Of a stretch of DNA of 64,000 nucleotides, positions 25,290 to 33,713 are shown piece after piece. The translations under genes were made by a program, and so were the position numbers. The notes under the pieces were generated by a model. It ran no database searches and was not told the origin of the DNA. It worked only from the letters and a program-made list of their open reading frames with translations. This DNA comes from an uncultured delta proteobacterium (lineage in GTDB: Bacteria; Myxococcota_A; UBA9160; SMWR01): the NCBI GenBank assembly GCA_963832165.1, contig CAWHTE010000004.1:224001-288000 (forward strand), in the 5' to 3' direction. Within the stretch, counting starts at the first letter, position 1. Every line of letters starts with the position of its first letter.

Positions 25290-25515
25290 GGCGTTCCCTC
25301 CCAGTGGGCGAGACCAAGGGTACTCCTACAGGCCAATCAAAGGGCGATCGTCTGGCCTCGAACTAGCGCCAACCGGCTTGGAGGCGGCCGCGCGGGCGCA
25401 GCGTTACCCTCTTCGCTCAGCCACACGCGGCCGTCTTGCCAGACACGGGCAGCATGACCGGGATCGGGAAGCGCGCCCAAGCGCTCGGCGCGATCGTAAA
25501 CCCGGGACGTGACAT

Positions 25516-25532
25516 GCCCGGGTCACCATTCG
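25516..25532 (+). repeat. 17-bp direct repeat, copy 2 (attR-like)
   Basis: GCCCGGGTCACCATTCG, identical to the tRNA-Arg 3' end plus 4 nt. Confidence 0.85.
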
Positions 25533-25710
25533 CAGCTGCTCCGCAGGCTGTTATGCGGTACGCAGGACGGCTCGCTTCGCGAGAAGCCTCACCCTTTGGA
25601 TGGGGCGCGAGTGGTTTCGTGGAGAATATTGGACGCGCTGGGCCGACTCCGATTCCCCTTGTGTCGCGGGCGCCGAGCCGCGCATGATCCGGGTCATTGG
25701 AGGGAACCCC

Positions 25711-26316
25711 ATGACGCGAGCGAATGTCATCCGAGTCCTTGCCCTGTCCGCACTCGCACTGGCGTGCAGCACCCCCACGCAGACGCCGCCTCCGCCCCAG
25801 GTGGATACGACGAGTTCGAGTGTTCCAGGTCACGCCACGCGAACGGAGTTGGTCCAGGTGTCCGCGGTCGTGGAGTCGATCGACCACGACACGCGCATGG
25901 TCACCCTGCGCGACTCCGAAGGAAGGCTCGTCACGTTCCGCGTGGGCGAGGCGGTCCGCAACCTGCCGCAGATATCCAGAGGCGACCGGGTCGATGCCGC
26001 CTACTATCGATCTCTCGCGATCGATCTGCACAAGAAGGGTGAGGCGACTCCGAGCGTGTCGTCCTCTTCCGGAGGAAGCCGCGCTGCGGTGGGAGCGACG
26101 CCGGGTGCTGCGGGCGGCGAGACCATCACGATCATCGCCACGATCCGCGCGCTCGATCGCAAGAACCAGACCGCCACGCTCGAGAGCCCGAGCGGCGAGC
26201 TCACGACGATCGCCGTGCCCAATCCCGCGCACTTCGACGTGGCCGAAGTCGGCGACCTCGTCGAGATCAACTACACCGAAGCAGTCGCGATCTCGGTGGA
26301 GAAGTCGACGCGGTGA
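25711..26316 (+). CDS. Lipoprotein with two OB-fold-like repeats, function unknown
   Basis: Lipobox LALA-C. Internal repeat (VESIDHDTRMVTL...GDRV / IRALDRKNQTATL...GDLV). RBS GGAGG. Confidence 0.75.
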   Translation: MTRANVIRVLALSALALACSTPTQTPPPPQVDTTSSSVPGHATRTELVQVSAVVESIDHDTRMVTLRDSEGRLVTFRVGEAVRNLPQISRGDRVDAAYYRSLAIDLHKKGEATPSVSSSSGGSRAAVGATPGAAGGETITIIATIRALDRKNQTATLESPSGELTTIAVPNPAHFDVAEVGDLVEINYTEAVAISVEKSTR

Positions 26317-26399
26317 CGAACTAGGGCGCCCTCCGGCACGGTCGCGCGACGAGCGGCGGAGGCGCTGCGCGAGCTCACGAAGCGTGTTCGGTAGGAGCG

Positions 26400-27536
26400 A
26401 TGATCATGAGCACCCAATACGACTACGATCCGGAACTCGAGGATCGGTTGGCTTCCCGGCTGATGGACGTGCTGATCCGAGCCGGGTTGATCCTCGCGAT
26501 GGTGCTGCTGTGCTTCCAGGTGTTCTCGCCGTTCCTGCACCTCATGATCTGGGCGCTGATCCTGGCCGTCACCCTGTATCCGACGCAGTTGTGGCTCGCG
26601 GCCAGGCTCGGGAGACGGCAGGGCCTTGCGGCAACGCTGATCGTGCTGCTCGGGGCGATGGTGGCCGTGGTGCCGACGGCCGCGCTCATGAACTCGCTCG
26701 GCGACTCGGTGCAAGGGCTCATCAAGGGCATCCAGGACAACACGCTCGCGGTGCCGCCTCCGCGAGAGGGCGTCGAGAACTGGCCTCTCGTCGGTGACAA
26801 GCTGCACGCGTTCTGGACCCGGGCCCACACCGACCTGCCGGCACTCGTGCAGAGCATGCAGCCGAAGATCGGCAACCTCGCGAAGGCAGCGCTCGGCTTC
26901 GTGGCCAGCATCGGCGGGGGATTGCTGCAGTTTCTCGGCTCCCTCGTCGTCGCCGGCATCATGATGGCCTTCGGTGAGTCCGGCGCGCGCGGTATCCGGT
27001 CGATCTTCGAGAAGATCATCGCCGGCGGTCGCGGGGGGGAGTTCGCCGACCTGTCGACCGCGACCATCCGTGCGGTCGCCAAGGGCGTGCTCGGCGTCGC
27101 CTTCATCCAGGCGATGATCGTCGGTGTCTGCCTGCTCGTCGCGGGCGTGCCCTGGGCGGGCGTGCTCGCGGTGATCGTGCTCGTGCTCGGCATCGCCCAG
27201 GTGCCGGCCGTACTCGTCACGCTGCCGGCGATCGCGTGGATCTGGTCGAGCGGCAGCTACGGAACCGGCGCGGCCGTCCTCTACACCGTGCTGCTGCTGG
27301 TCGCGGGCATGGCCGACAACGTGCTGAAACCGCTGATGCTAGGCCGTGGCGTGGACGCGCCGATGCCCGTCATTCTCATCGGCGCCCTCGGCGGCATGGC
27401 GACGGCCGGCATCCTCGGCATGTTCGTCGGCGCCACGCTCCTGGCGCTCGGCTACCAGATCTTCATGGGCTGGGTCGCGACCGGCCCGGATGCACCGCGA
27501 TCCGGGTTGGAAGGCGGTACTCCGTCGGCCGGCTGA
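26400..27536 (+). CDS. AI-2E family transporter
   Basis: Multi-TM protein with motifs ATIRAVAKGVLGVAFIQ, DNVLKPLMLGRG and GILGMFVG. Confidence 0.9.
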   Translation: MIMSTQYDYDPELEDRLASRLMDVLIRAGLILAMVLLCFQVFSPFLHLMIWALILAVTLYPTQLWLAARLGRRQGLAATLIVLLGAMVAVVPTAALMNSLGDSVQGLIKGIQDNTLAVPPPREGVENWPLVGDKLHAFWTRAHTDLPALVQSMQPKIGNLAKAALGFVASIGGGLLQFLGSLVVAGIMMAFGESGARGIRSIFEKIIAGGRGGEFADLSTATIRAVAKGVLGVAFIQAMIVGVCLLVAGVPWAGVLAVIVLVLGIAQVPAVLVTLPAIAWIWSSGSYGTGAAVLYTVLLLVAGMADNVLKPLMLGRGVDAPMPVILIGALGGMATAGILGMFVGATLLALGYQIFMGWVATGPDAPRSGLEGGTPSAG

Positions 27537-27541
27537 AACGC

Positions 27542-29080
27542 ATGCCGGACGTCTCGCCGAAGCGTTGGCGAAGGCGCGCGCTCGCCGTTCTGCCGCTGCT
27601 CCTCGGCGCGTGCACCGCCGTCGGCCCCGACTTCGCGCGTCCCGGCGTGCCTTGGCTCGAGGACTGGTCGCCCGACGCGCTCCGGGTGGCGCAAGAGGAG
27701 GCGCTCACGCAGAGGCCCGTGCAGGTCGACCAGTGGTGGCGCGAGTTCGGCGATGCGGTGCTCGAGAAGCTCGTGGAGGAGGCGCAGCGTCTCAATCCCG
27801 GCGTACGCACCGCGGGGCTTCGCATCCTCGAGGCGCGCGCGGAGCTCGGGATCGCCGGCAGCAACCTCTACCCTCAAGTGCAGGAGCTCCGCGGCGACGG
27901 CCTGTGGGTCGGGACCGAGCAGAGCGACGGGCCGGATCGGGACTTCTGGACCGGCAGCGCCGGGCTCGACGTCATCTGGGAGCTGGACTTCTGGGGCAAG
28001 TTCCGCCGCGGCATCGAGGCAGCGGATGCCGAGTACTTCGCGAGCATCGCCGAGTACGACGATCTCCAGGTGCTCGTCGCTTCCGAGGCCGCGAGCTTCT
28101 ATGCGAGCATCCGCACCGTCGAGCTGCGCCTCCGCATTGCGCACGAGAACGCCGCGCTGCAGAAGCGCAGCCTCGAGATCACCGAGCGCCTGTTTCACAG
28201 CGGCAACGAGTCCGAGCTCGACCTGCAGCAGGCCCGCACGCTCTACCTGAGCACCCTGGCGACGATCCCCGAGCTCGAGGCCAGCCTGTATCAGACCCAG
28301 AACGCGCTGGCGATCCTGCTCGGACGACCGCCGGGCCCGCTGCCCGAGATGGACACCGGGCGAGAGCACATCCCCGACGCAGATTTCGGAATGATCGCCG
28401 AGCTGCCGGCTCACCTGCTGCGCCGGCGGCCGGACGTGCGCGAGGCCGAGTCGCAGCTGGCCGCGCAGTCGGCCCGGATCGGGGTCAGCAAGGCGGATCT
28501 CTATCCGGCCATCCTGGTCGGCGGCTCGCTCGTTTTCTCGGCGACCTCCCTGATGGGATCGTCATACGCTCTCGACTGGGCGGTCGGCCCCGCCTTCGTC
28601 TGGAACCTCGACTACAACCGGCTCACGAATCAGGTGCTCGTGCAGGACGCGCGCTTCCAGCAGCTCTTCGAGCAGTACCACGACACCGTGCTTCGCGCGG
28701 CCCGGGAGCTGGAGGATGCTGCCATCGGCTTCGCCCAACGCCGCGCGCAGGTCGCGATCCTCGAGGAATCGGTGCAGGCGGCGCGCCGCTCCCTCGACAT
28801 CGCCGACGTGCAATACCGCGAAGGGCTCGTGGACTTCCAGCGGGTGCTCGACTCGCAGCGCGCGCTGTTCAGCCAGCAGGAGCGTCTCGCGACGACACGG
28901 GGAGGTGTCGCGCAGAGCCTGATCGACCTCTACAAAGCGATGGGCGGCGGCTGGCAGCCAGGCCGCTCGATGCCGATCGTCGACGACGAGACTCGCGCCG
29001 AGATGGTCGATCGCAGCCGCTGGAAGCGGCTGCTCGACGCTCCACTCCCGGCCGCCGACGATTCCCAACCGCCTCCGTAG
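27542..29080 (+). CDS. Efflux outer-membrane factor lipoprotein (NodT/OprM family)
   Basis: Lipobox LLGA-C-TAVGPDF, WELDFWGKFRR, LLRRRPDVREAE and LYKAMGGGW. Confidence 0.93.
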   Translation: MPDVSPKRWRRRALAVLPLLLGACTAVGPDFARPGVPWLEDWSPDALRVAQEEALTQRPVQVDQWWREFGDAVLEKLVEEAQRLNPGVRTAGLRILEARAELGIAGSNLYPQVQELRGDGLWVGTEQSDGPDRDFWTGSAGLDVIWELDFWGKFRRGIEAADAEYFASIAEYDDLQVLVASEAASFYASIRTVELRLRIAHENAALQKRSLEITERLFHSGNESELDLQQARTLYLSTLATIPELEASLYQTQNALAILLGRPPGPLPEMDTGREHIPDADFGMIAELPAHLLRRRPDVREAESQLAAQSARIGVSKADLYPAILVGGSLVFSATSLMGSSYALDWAVGPAFVWNLDYNRLTNQVLVQDARFQQLFEQYHDTVLRAARELEDAAIGFAQRRAQVAILEESVQAARRSLDIADVQYREGLVDFQRVLDSQRALFSQQERLATTRGGVAQSLIDLYKAMGGGWQPGRSMPIVDDETRAEMVDRSRWKRLLDAPLPAADDSQPPP

Positions 29081-29091
29081 ACGGACACATA

Positions 29092-30213
29092 ATGGACCAA
29101 GACGCCGAATCCTCGCCTGCTCCGCCCGCCGATCCCGCCCCGGGAAGCGGCTCGCGCAAGGGCGCCGCGATCGTCGCTGCGCTGATCCTGATCAGCCTCG
29201 GTCTCTACCTCGTCGGCGACCGGCTGACGCCGTCCACGTCCCAGGCCCGCATCCAGGGATTCGTGGTGGCGGTCGCAGCCGAGGTGGCGGGCAAGGTCGT
29301 GAAGGTTCACATCCGCGACAACGACGAGGTGCAGCCCGGACAGCCCCTCTTCGACATCGATCCCGTGCCGTACCAAATCGCGCTGCAAAGCGCGCAGGCC
29401 GCCTACCACCTTGCGCGCGACACCGTCGAAGCGTCGCATGCGGGCGTCGAGGGCGCGCGCGCCGCGCTGAAGGTGGCTGAAGCCAATCGAGAGATGGCCG
29501 AGCGCGATGCCGACCGCCAGGAACGCCTCCATACCGAAGATCCTGGCGCGATCTCGGTGCGCCGCCTCGAGATCGCGCAGGCCACGCGCCAGGAAGCGCG
29601 CAGCAAGGTTCGCGGAGCCGAGGCCGAGCTGCGCATGGCGCTCGAGGGGGCCGGCGAGACCGGCGAAGGGAATGCGCAGGTCCAGGCCGCGCGTGCGGCC
29701 CTCGACCAGGCGAAGCTCGACCTCACCAACACCCGCGTGGTCGCTTCCGCACGCGGTACGGTCACGGACCTGCAGACCGACGTCGGCCACTTCGTGCAGG
29801 CAGGCGCGCCCGTGATGACGCTCGTCGCCGATCACGACGTGTGGATCACCGCCGACATGACCGAGAACAACCTCGGCCACATCGACGTGGGCGACGAAGC
29901 GGCCATCGTCCTCGACGTCCTGCCCGGCCACGTGCTGAAGGGCCGCGTCCGCAGTATCGGTCGCGGCGTCGACAGCGGGCAGCAGTCGCAGTCCGGGTCG
30001 CTGCCGACGGTGTCGAACGATCGCGACTGGCTGCGCCAGGCGCAACGCATTCCGGTGTCGATCGAGTTCGACGCCGACGAAGACCCGCGGCTCACGGGCG
30101 CACGCGTCGGCGGCCAGGCCGAGGTCCTCGTCTACGCCGGCGACAACCCGATCATGAACGTCCTCGGCGCCATCTACATCCGCATCTCGAGCTGGCTGTC
30201 CTACCTGTATTGA
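29092..30213 (+). CDS. HlyD/EmrA family membrane fusion protein
   Basis: N-terminal TM, VAAEVAGKV, GQPLFDIDP and WLRQAQRIPV. Confidence 0.92.
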   Translation: MDQDAESSPAPPADPAPGSGSRKGAAIVAALILISLGLYLVGDRLTPSTSQARIQGFVVAVAAEVAGKVVKVHIRDNDEVQPGQPLFDIDPVPYQIALQSAQAAYHLARDTVEASHAGVEGARAALKVAEANREMAERDADRQERLHTEDPGAISVRRLEIAQATRQEARSKVRGAEAELRMALEGAGETGEGNAQVQAARAALDQAKLDLTNTRVVASARGTVTDLQTDVGHFVQAGAPVMTLVADHDVWITADMTENNLGHIDVGDEAAIVLDVLPGHVLKGRVRSIGRGVDSGQQSQSGSLPTVSNDRDWLRQAQRIPVSIEFDADEDPRLTGARVGGQAEVLVYAGDNPIMNVLGAIYIRISSWLSYLY

Positions 30214-30222
30214 GGAGAGGTC

Positions 30223-31266
30223 GTGAGCCCGGGCGACAAGGCGACACTGCGACTGGCGATCGGGCTCGGCCTGGCGGTCGTCGTCGCGTACGGGTTTGCC
30301 CTGGCAGTCCCATTCGTCGTCTGTGTGATGTCGGTGATCGTGCTGAGCAGGCCGGGACCTCCAGTCCCGCTGGTGAAGGGCCTCGTCGTCGCGCTCGTCC
30401 TCGGCGGGCTCGTCGCAGTCGGGATCGCGATGGTTCCGCTGCTCGAGTACTACCGGTTCGCGGGCGTGCTGCTGACGGCGGTCGTGCTGCACGCGCTCTT
30501 CTACAGCGGGCTGGTCGGCGGCAATCCGCTCAGCAACGTGTTAGTTCTGTCGTTCGCGGTGATCCCGGTCGCGGGGGTCGCCGAGCAGGCCCTGGTCGGC
30601 GAGCTGAGCGTCGCGCTCGCGGCCGGCGTCGGCATCGGCGTGCTGGTGAGCGCGGTGTCCCACGCCCTGTTCCCGGACTCGCCAGGAGCTGCCGGCGCGA
30701 CCGCCAGGGCGCGGCCGGAGCCGGGGACGGCCGCGTGGATCGCGCTTCGTGCCACGGGGATCGTGATGCCCGTCTTCGTTCTCGCGCTGACCAATCCCTC
30801 GTTCTACCTGGCAGCGGTGCTGAAGACGGTCGCGCTCGGACAGCAGTCCGGCGAGACCGATGCCCGCTCGGCCGGAGCCGAGCTGGTCGGCGCGACGTTG
30901 GCAGGAGCCGCAATCGCAGCGGGAGTCTGGGCCGGCCTGTCGATCTGGCCCGAGCTCTGGATGCTGATGCTGTGGCTGGTCCTGGCGGCGCTCTGGACCG
31001 GGTCGGCCATGTTCGGCGTCCGGCGCACGCGGATGCAGCCCGCCTTCTGGAGCAATGCGCTGGTCACGGCGTTTCTCGTGCTCGGCCCGGCCATCGAGGA
31101 CAGCGCCAGCGGAAAGAGCGTGCTCGAAGGCGCTGTCGTGCGCACAGGCTTGTTCGTGGCGGTCGCCTTCTACGCGTGGGGGATGATCCGCCTGCTCGAA
31201 CGCCGCCGAGCCGGGCATCCCCGGGAGCTCACCGTCCTGCACCGGCAACACGAGGAAACGACATGA
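30223..31266 (+). CDS. DUF2955/FUSC-like inner membrane protein
   Basis: About 10 TM segments with an internal duplication. Follows HlyD, as is usual for this family. Confidence 0.7.
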   Translation: MSPGDKATLRLAIGLGLAVVVAYGFALAVPFVVCVMSVIVLSRPGPPVPLVKGLVVALVLGGLVAVGIAMVPLLEYYRFAGVLLTAVVLHALFYSGLVGGNPLSNVLVLSFAVIPVAGVAEQALVGELSVALAAGVGIGVLVSAVSHALFPDSPGAAGATARARPEPGTAAWIALRATGIVMPVFVLALTNPSFYLAAVLKTVALGQQSGETDARSAGAELVGATLAGAAIAAGVWAGLSIWPELWMLMLWLVLAALWTGSAMFGVRRTRMQPAFWSNALVTAFLVLGPAIEDSASGKSVLEGAVVRTGLFVAVAFYAWGMIRLLERRRAGHPRELTVLHRQHEETT

Positions 31267-31733
31267 CACTCCGGAACTTCCTGGTCGGTGTACCGGTCAT
31301 GCTGCTCTGCCTCGTCGTACAGGTCGCCGTCGTGTTCTGGTGCGTTCGATACTGCGCTCGGCGTTCGGCGCAGAACTCGGCCAAACGTCTTCTGCTCGCG
31401 ACGGTCCGGCCGCTGGCCGTCGCGATGCTGGCGATGATGAGCGCCAACCTGCTGCAGATCGCGCTGTGGGGATGTCTCTTCGTCTCGCTCGGCGAGTTCG
31501 AGGACCTCTACGCGGCGATCTACCACTCGGCCGTGAACTTCACGTCGCTCGGGTACGGCGACGTCGTGATGAACCAGGAATGGAAGCTGCTCGGCCCGCT
31601 CGAGGCGGCGAACGGTATCCTCATGATGGCGATGACCGCCGCCGCGCTGACGGCCATCCTGCAGAACGTCATTCGATCTCAGACGGACGCGATCGTCGCG
31701 GGACGGCATCGGGGTCGCGATCCCCGCAACTGA
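31263..31733 (+). CDS. Small K+-channel pore-domain protein (Ion_trans_2-like)
   Basis: Selectivity-filter-like motif YHSAVNFTSLGYGDVV...LGPLEAANG. Confidence 0.85.
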   Translation: MTLRNFLVGVPVMLLCLVVQVAVVFWCVRYCARRSAQNSAKRLLLATVRPLAVAMLAMMSANLLQIALWGCLFVSLGEFEDLYAAIYHSAVNFTSLGYGDVVMNQEWKLLGPLEAANGILMMAMTAAALTAILQNVIRSQTDAIVAGRHRGRDPRN

Positions 31734-31792
31734 GCGATGGCGCCATGCGCGGGGAGTTCCTCTTCACATCCGATGAGCCTGCCCGATAGCCC

Positions 31793-32434
31793 CTACTTCC
31801 CGACCGCCTCTTTCGCGACGTCTTCGTAGTTGCCGATCAGGTTGCTCGCGACCATCCCCGACACGAGCCAGCCCGGCAGCGAGCCGCCCAGATCGATGTA
31901 GGTCTCCATCGTGACCCTCGACCGGTTCGCGCCATCCGGGACGAACTCCCAGAATCCGCCGGTGTTCGTGAGTCTGAGGAAGTCCTTCTGTGGCGGCACG
32001 GACGGGTAGTCGATCGACTTGAAGTCGATCCGCCCGATGCCGGTCTTCGGGTCGAGCGAGCTCACCCCGCGCGAAACCGTATCGCGGTCGGAGAACATCA
32101 TCGGCAGGTCGACCGAGGTGTGCATCACGGTCTCGGTCTCGGTCGCGACGAGCACCTTGCGCGTCTCGTTGTCGGGCGCGCGCGCGGGGTCGCGGCCCAC
32201 GTCGCGCGCCGTGCGCGTGAGCTCGGCCGGCGTCGCGTCGATCGTGCCGCGCATCCGGTAGCGCACGAACGGCTCGCCTTCCTTCTGCTGCGAGAAGACC
32301 TGGTAGGTGTAGCCCCGGCCCTCGCCCTTCTCGCCGGGCGTCCACGCCGCGTCGGTGGCTTGATCGGACGCCGACGGCGCGGCAGCGGCGAGCAGGCCGA
32401 TCAGCACGAGGCAGGCGGATCGTCGGGTAGCCAT
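31793..32434 (-). CDS. Secreted START/SRPBCC lipid-binding domain protein
   Basis: Signal peptide, LPMMFSDRD, GFWEFVP and DLGGSLPGWLV. Confidence 0.8.
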   Translation of the reverse strand: MATRRSACLVLIGLLAAAAPSASDQATDAAWTPGEKGEGRGYTYQVFSQQKEGEPFVRYRMRGTIDATPAELTRTARDVGRDPARAPDNETRKVLVATETETVMHTSVDLPMMFSDRDTVSRGVSSLDPKTGIGRIDFKSIDYPSVPPQKDFLRLTNTGGFWEFVPDGANRSRVTMETYIDLGGSLPGWLVSGMVASNLIGNYEDVAKEAVGK

Positions 32435-32525
32435 GGCCGGAAGCTAGAGAAATTTCTCCACACGGACTCCGTGACAAACCCCTGGCTGGCGTAGTCAGGC
32501 TCCCGACATCTCGATGGGGCAGAAA

Positions 32526-32662
32526 GGGAAATCGGCTTCCGCGCGTGGGATCTCAGCTTCCCCACAGGACTGCCGGTCAAGGTCCGTGGGCCGCCCTCTA
32601 ACACGCGTAAAGCGCTTCCCAGGGCTCTGTTAATTTGTCTGGACAGTGGCTCGGCTCTTGCA
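32526..32662 (+). promoter_or_regulatory. Sigma-54-type promoter with upstream tandem palindromic sites (copy 2)
   Basis: TGGCTCGGCTCTTGCA (32647-32662), identical to copy 1. GGGAAA-N4-CTTCCG (32526) and GGGATC-N4-CTTCCC (32547) are 21 bp apart. Confidence 0.7.
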
Positions 32663-32783
32663 CGAAAATAACCCGAATCCGGGAAGGGAATCGCGTCGAC
32701 CCGACGCGGCATTGCGCCCCTTCTATCCGGGCCATCGAGCTGTCTCGGGCCGCCGAGCGCAAATGCTGCAGGGGAGTAATCAC

Positions 32784-33704
32784 ATGTCGAAGCGCTTCGG
32801 TGCACGGTGCCTGGTGCTGGTGGGTCTGGTGTGCAGTTTCGCGGCCTCCGCCTCGGCGGCTCCGCTGCTCTACAAGGTGGTGCAGGAAGACAGCGAGATC
32901 GAGGCGACGTTCCGCGTCGGTTACGACGTGGACGTGAGCCTCGACCCGCTCAACGCCTTTCCGCAGAGCGGAGATCTGGTGGGCACGTCGACCACATTCC
33001 CGTCGGGACTGTCGAGAGTGATCGCGGACGTGGGCCTGCCGGACGGCTTCAACGATGGCGCCAACGGGATCACGTTTTCGCAGCTCTCGATCATCACGAA
33101 CAACCTGCCCGGTGAGCTCACGAGCGTCGGCCTGATCAGCGTGCCGCTCAGTCTCACGGGGGAGCCCACTCAAGCGATTGCCTTCTTCGCGAGCGTGAGC
33201 AACTTCTCGATCGTGCTCAACGCGCCGTTCACGTCGACGACGTTCACTCCGAGCGTGAACCCGAACGAGTGGCTCTGGACGGGTGTCGGCAACGTGACGA
33301 TCTCGGGGACGCTCAAGCCGCACGTCGAAATTCCAACCGTACAGACGATCGACTTTCCCGATACTCCGTTCAGCCAGGTTCTGGACGTCCCGCTGCTGGG
33401 CACGTTCTCGGGCGACAATACCTCGACGAAGATCCAGGTCGGGATCCCGATCAATACGCTGCACAACCTGAATCTCGGCCTCCCGGCGATCGATCAGAAT
33501 CTCGACATCGGGGGCCTCATCAGCCCCCTGCTTGCGGGCCTGATCACGACCTCCTTCCACCTCGACACTCTCGTGTTGGGCGATATCTCGACCTCGGTCG
33601 TGTACGTCAACGACACGCAACCGATTCCCGAGCCCGGCACGGCGCCCCTGGTCGGCCTCGGGCTGGTTGGGCTCGCGATCCGGCGGCGCCGCGCGTCGCG
33701 CTGA
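32784..33704 (+). CDS. PEP-CTERM surface protein, paralog of 23152..24072
   Basis: Signal peptide ending ASASA, shared blocks ADVGLP/NEWLW/GTFSG, and tail IPEPGTAPLVGLGLVGLAIRRRR. Confidence 0.9.
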   Translation: MSKRFGARCLVLVGLVCSFAASASAAPLLYKVVQEDSEIEATFRVGYDVDVSLDPLNAFPQSGDLVGTSTTFPSGLSRVIADVGLPDGFNDGANGITFSQLSIITNNLPGELTSVGLISVPLSLTGEPTQAIAFFASVSNFSIVLNAPFTSTTFTPSVNPNEWLWTGVGNVTISGTLKPHVEIPTVQTIDFPDTPFSQVLDVPLLGTFSGDNTSTKIQVGIPINTLHNLNLGLPAIDQNLDIGGLISPLLAGLITTSFHLDTLVLGDISTSVVYVNDTQPIPEPGTAPLVGLGLVGLAIRRRRASR

Positions 33705-33713
33705 GCTTCTCGC

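Noticed and set aside
25549..25557. Integron attC-like core GTTATGC
   Set aside because: No matching inverse core, attC hairpin or integrase was found.
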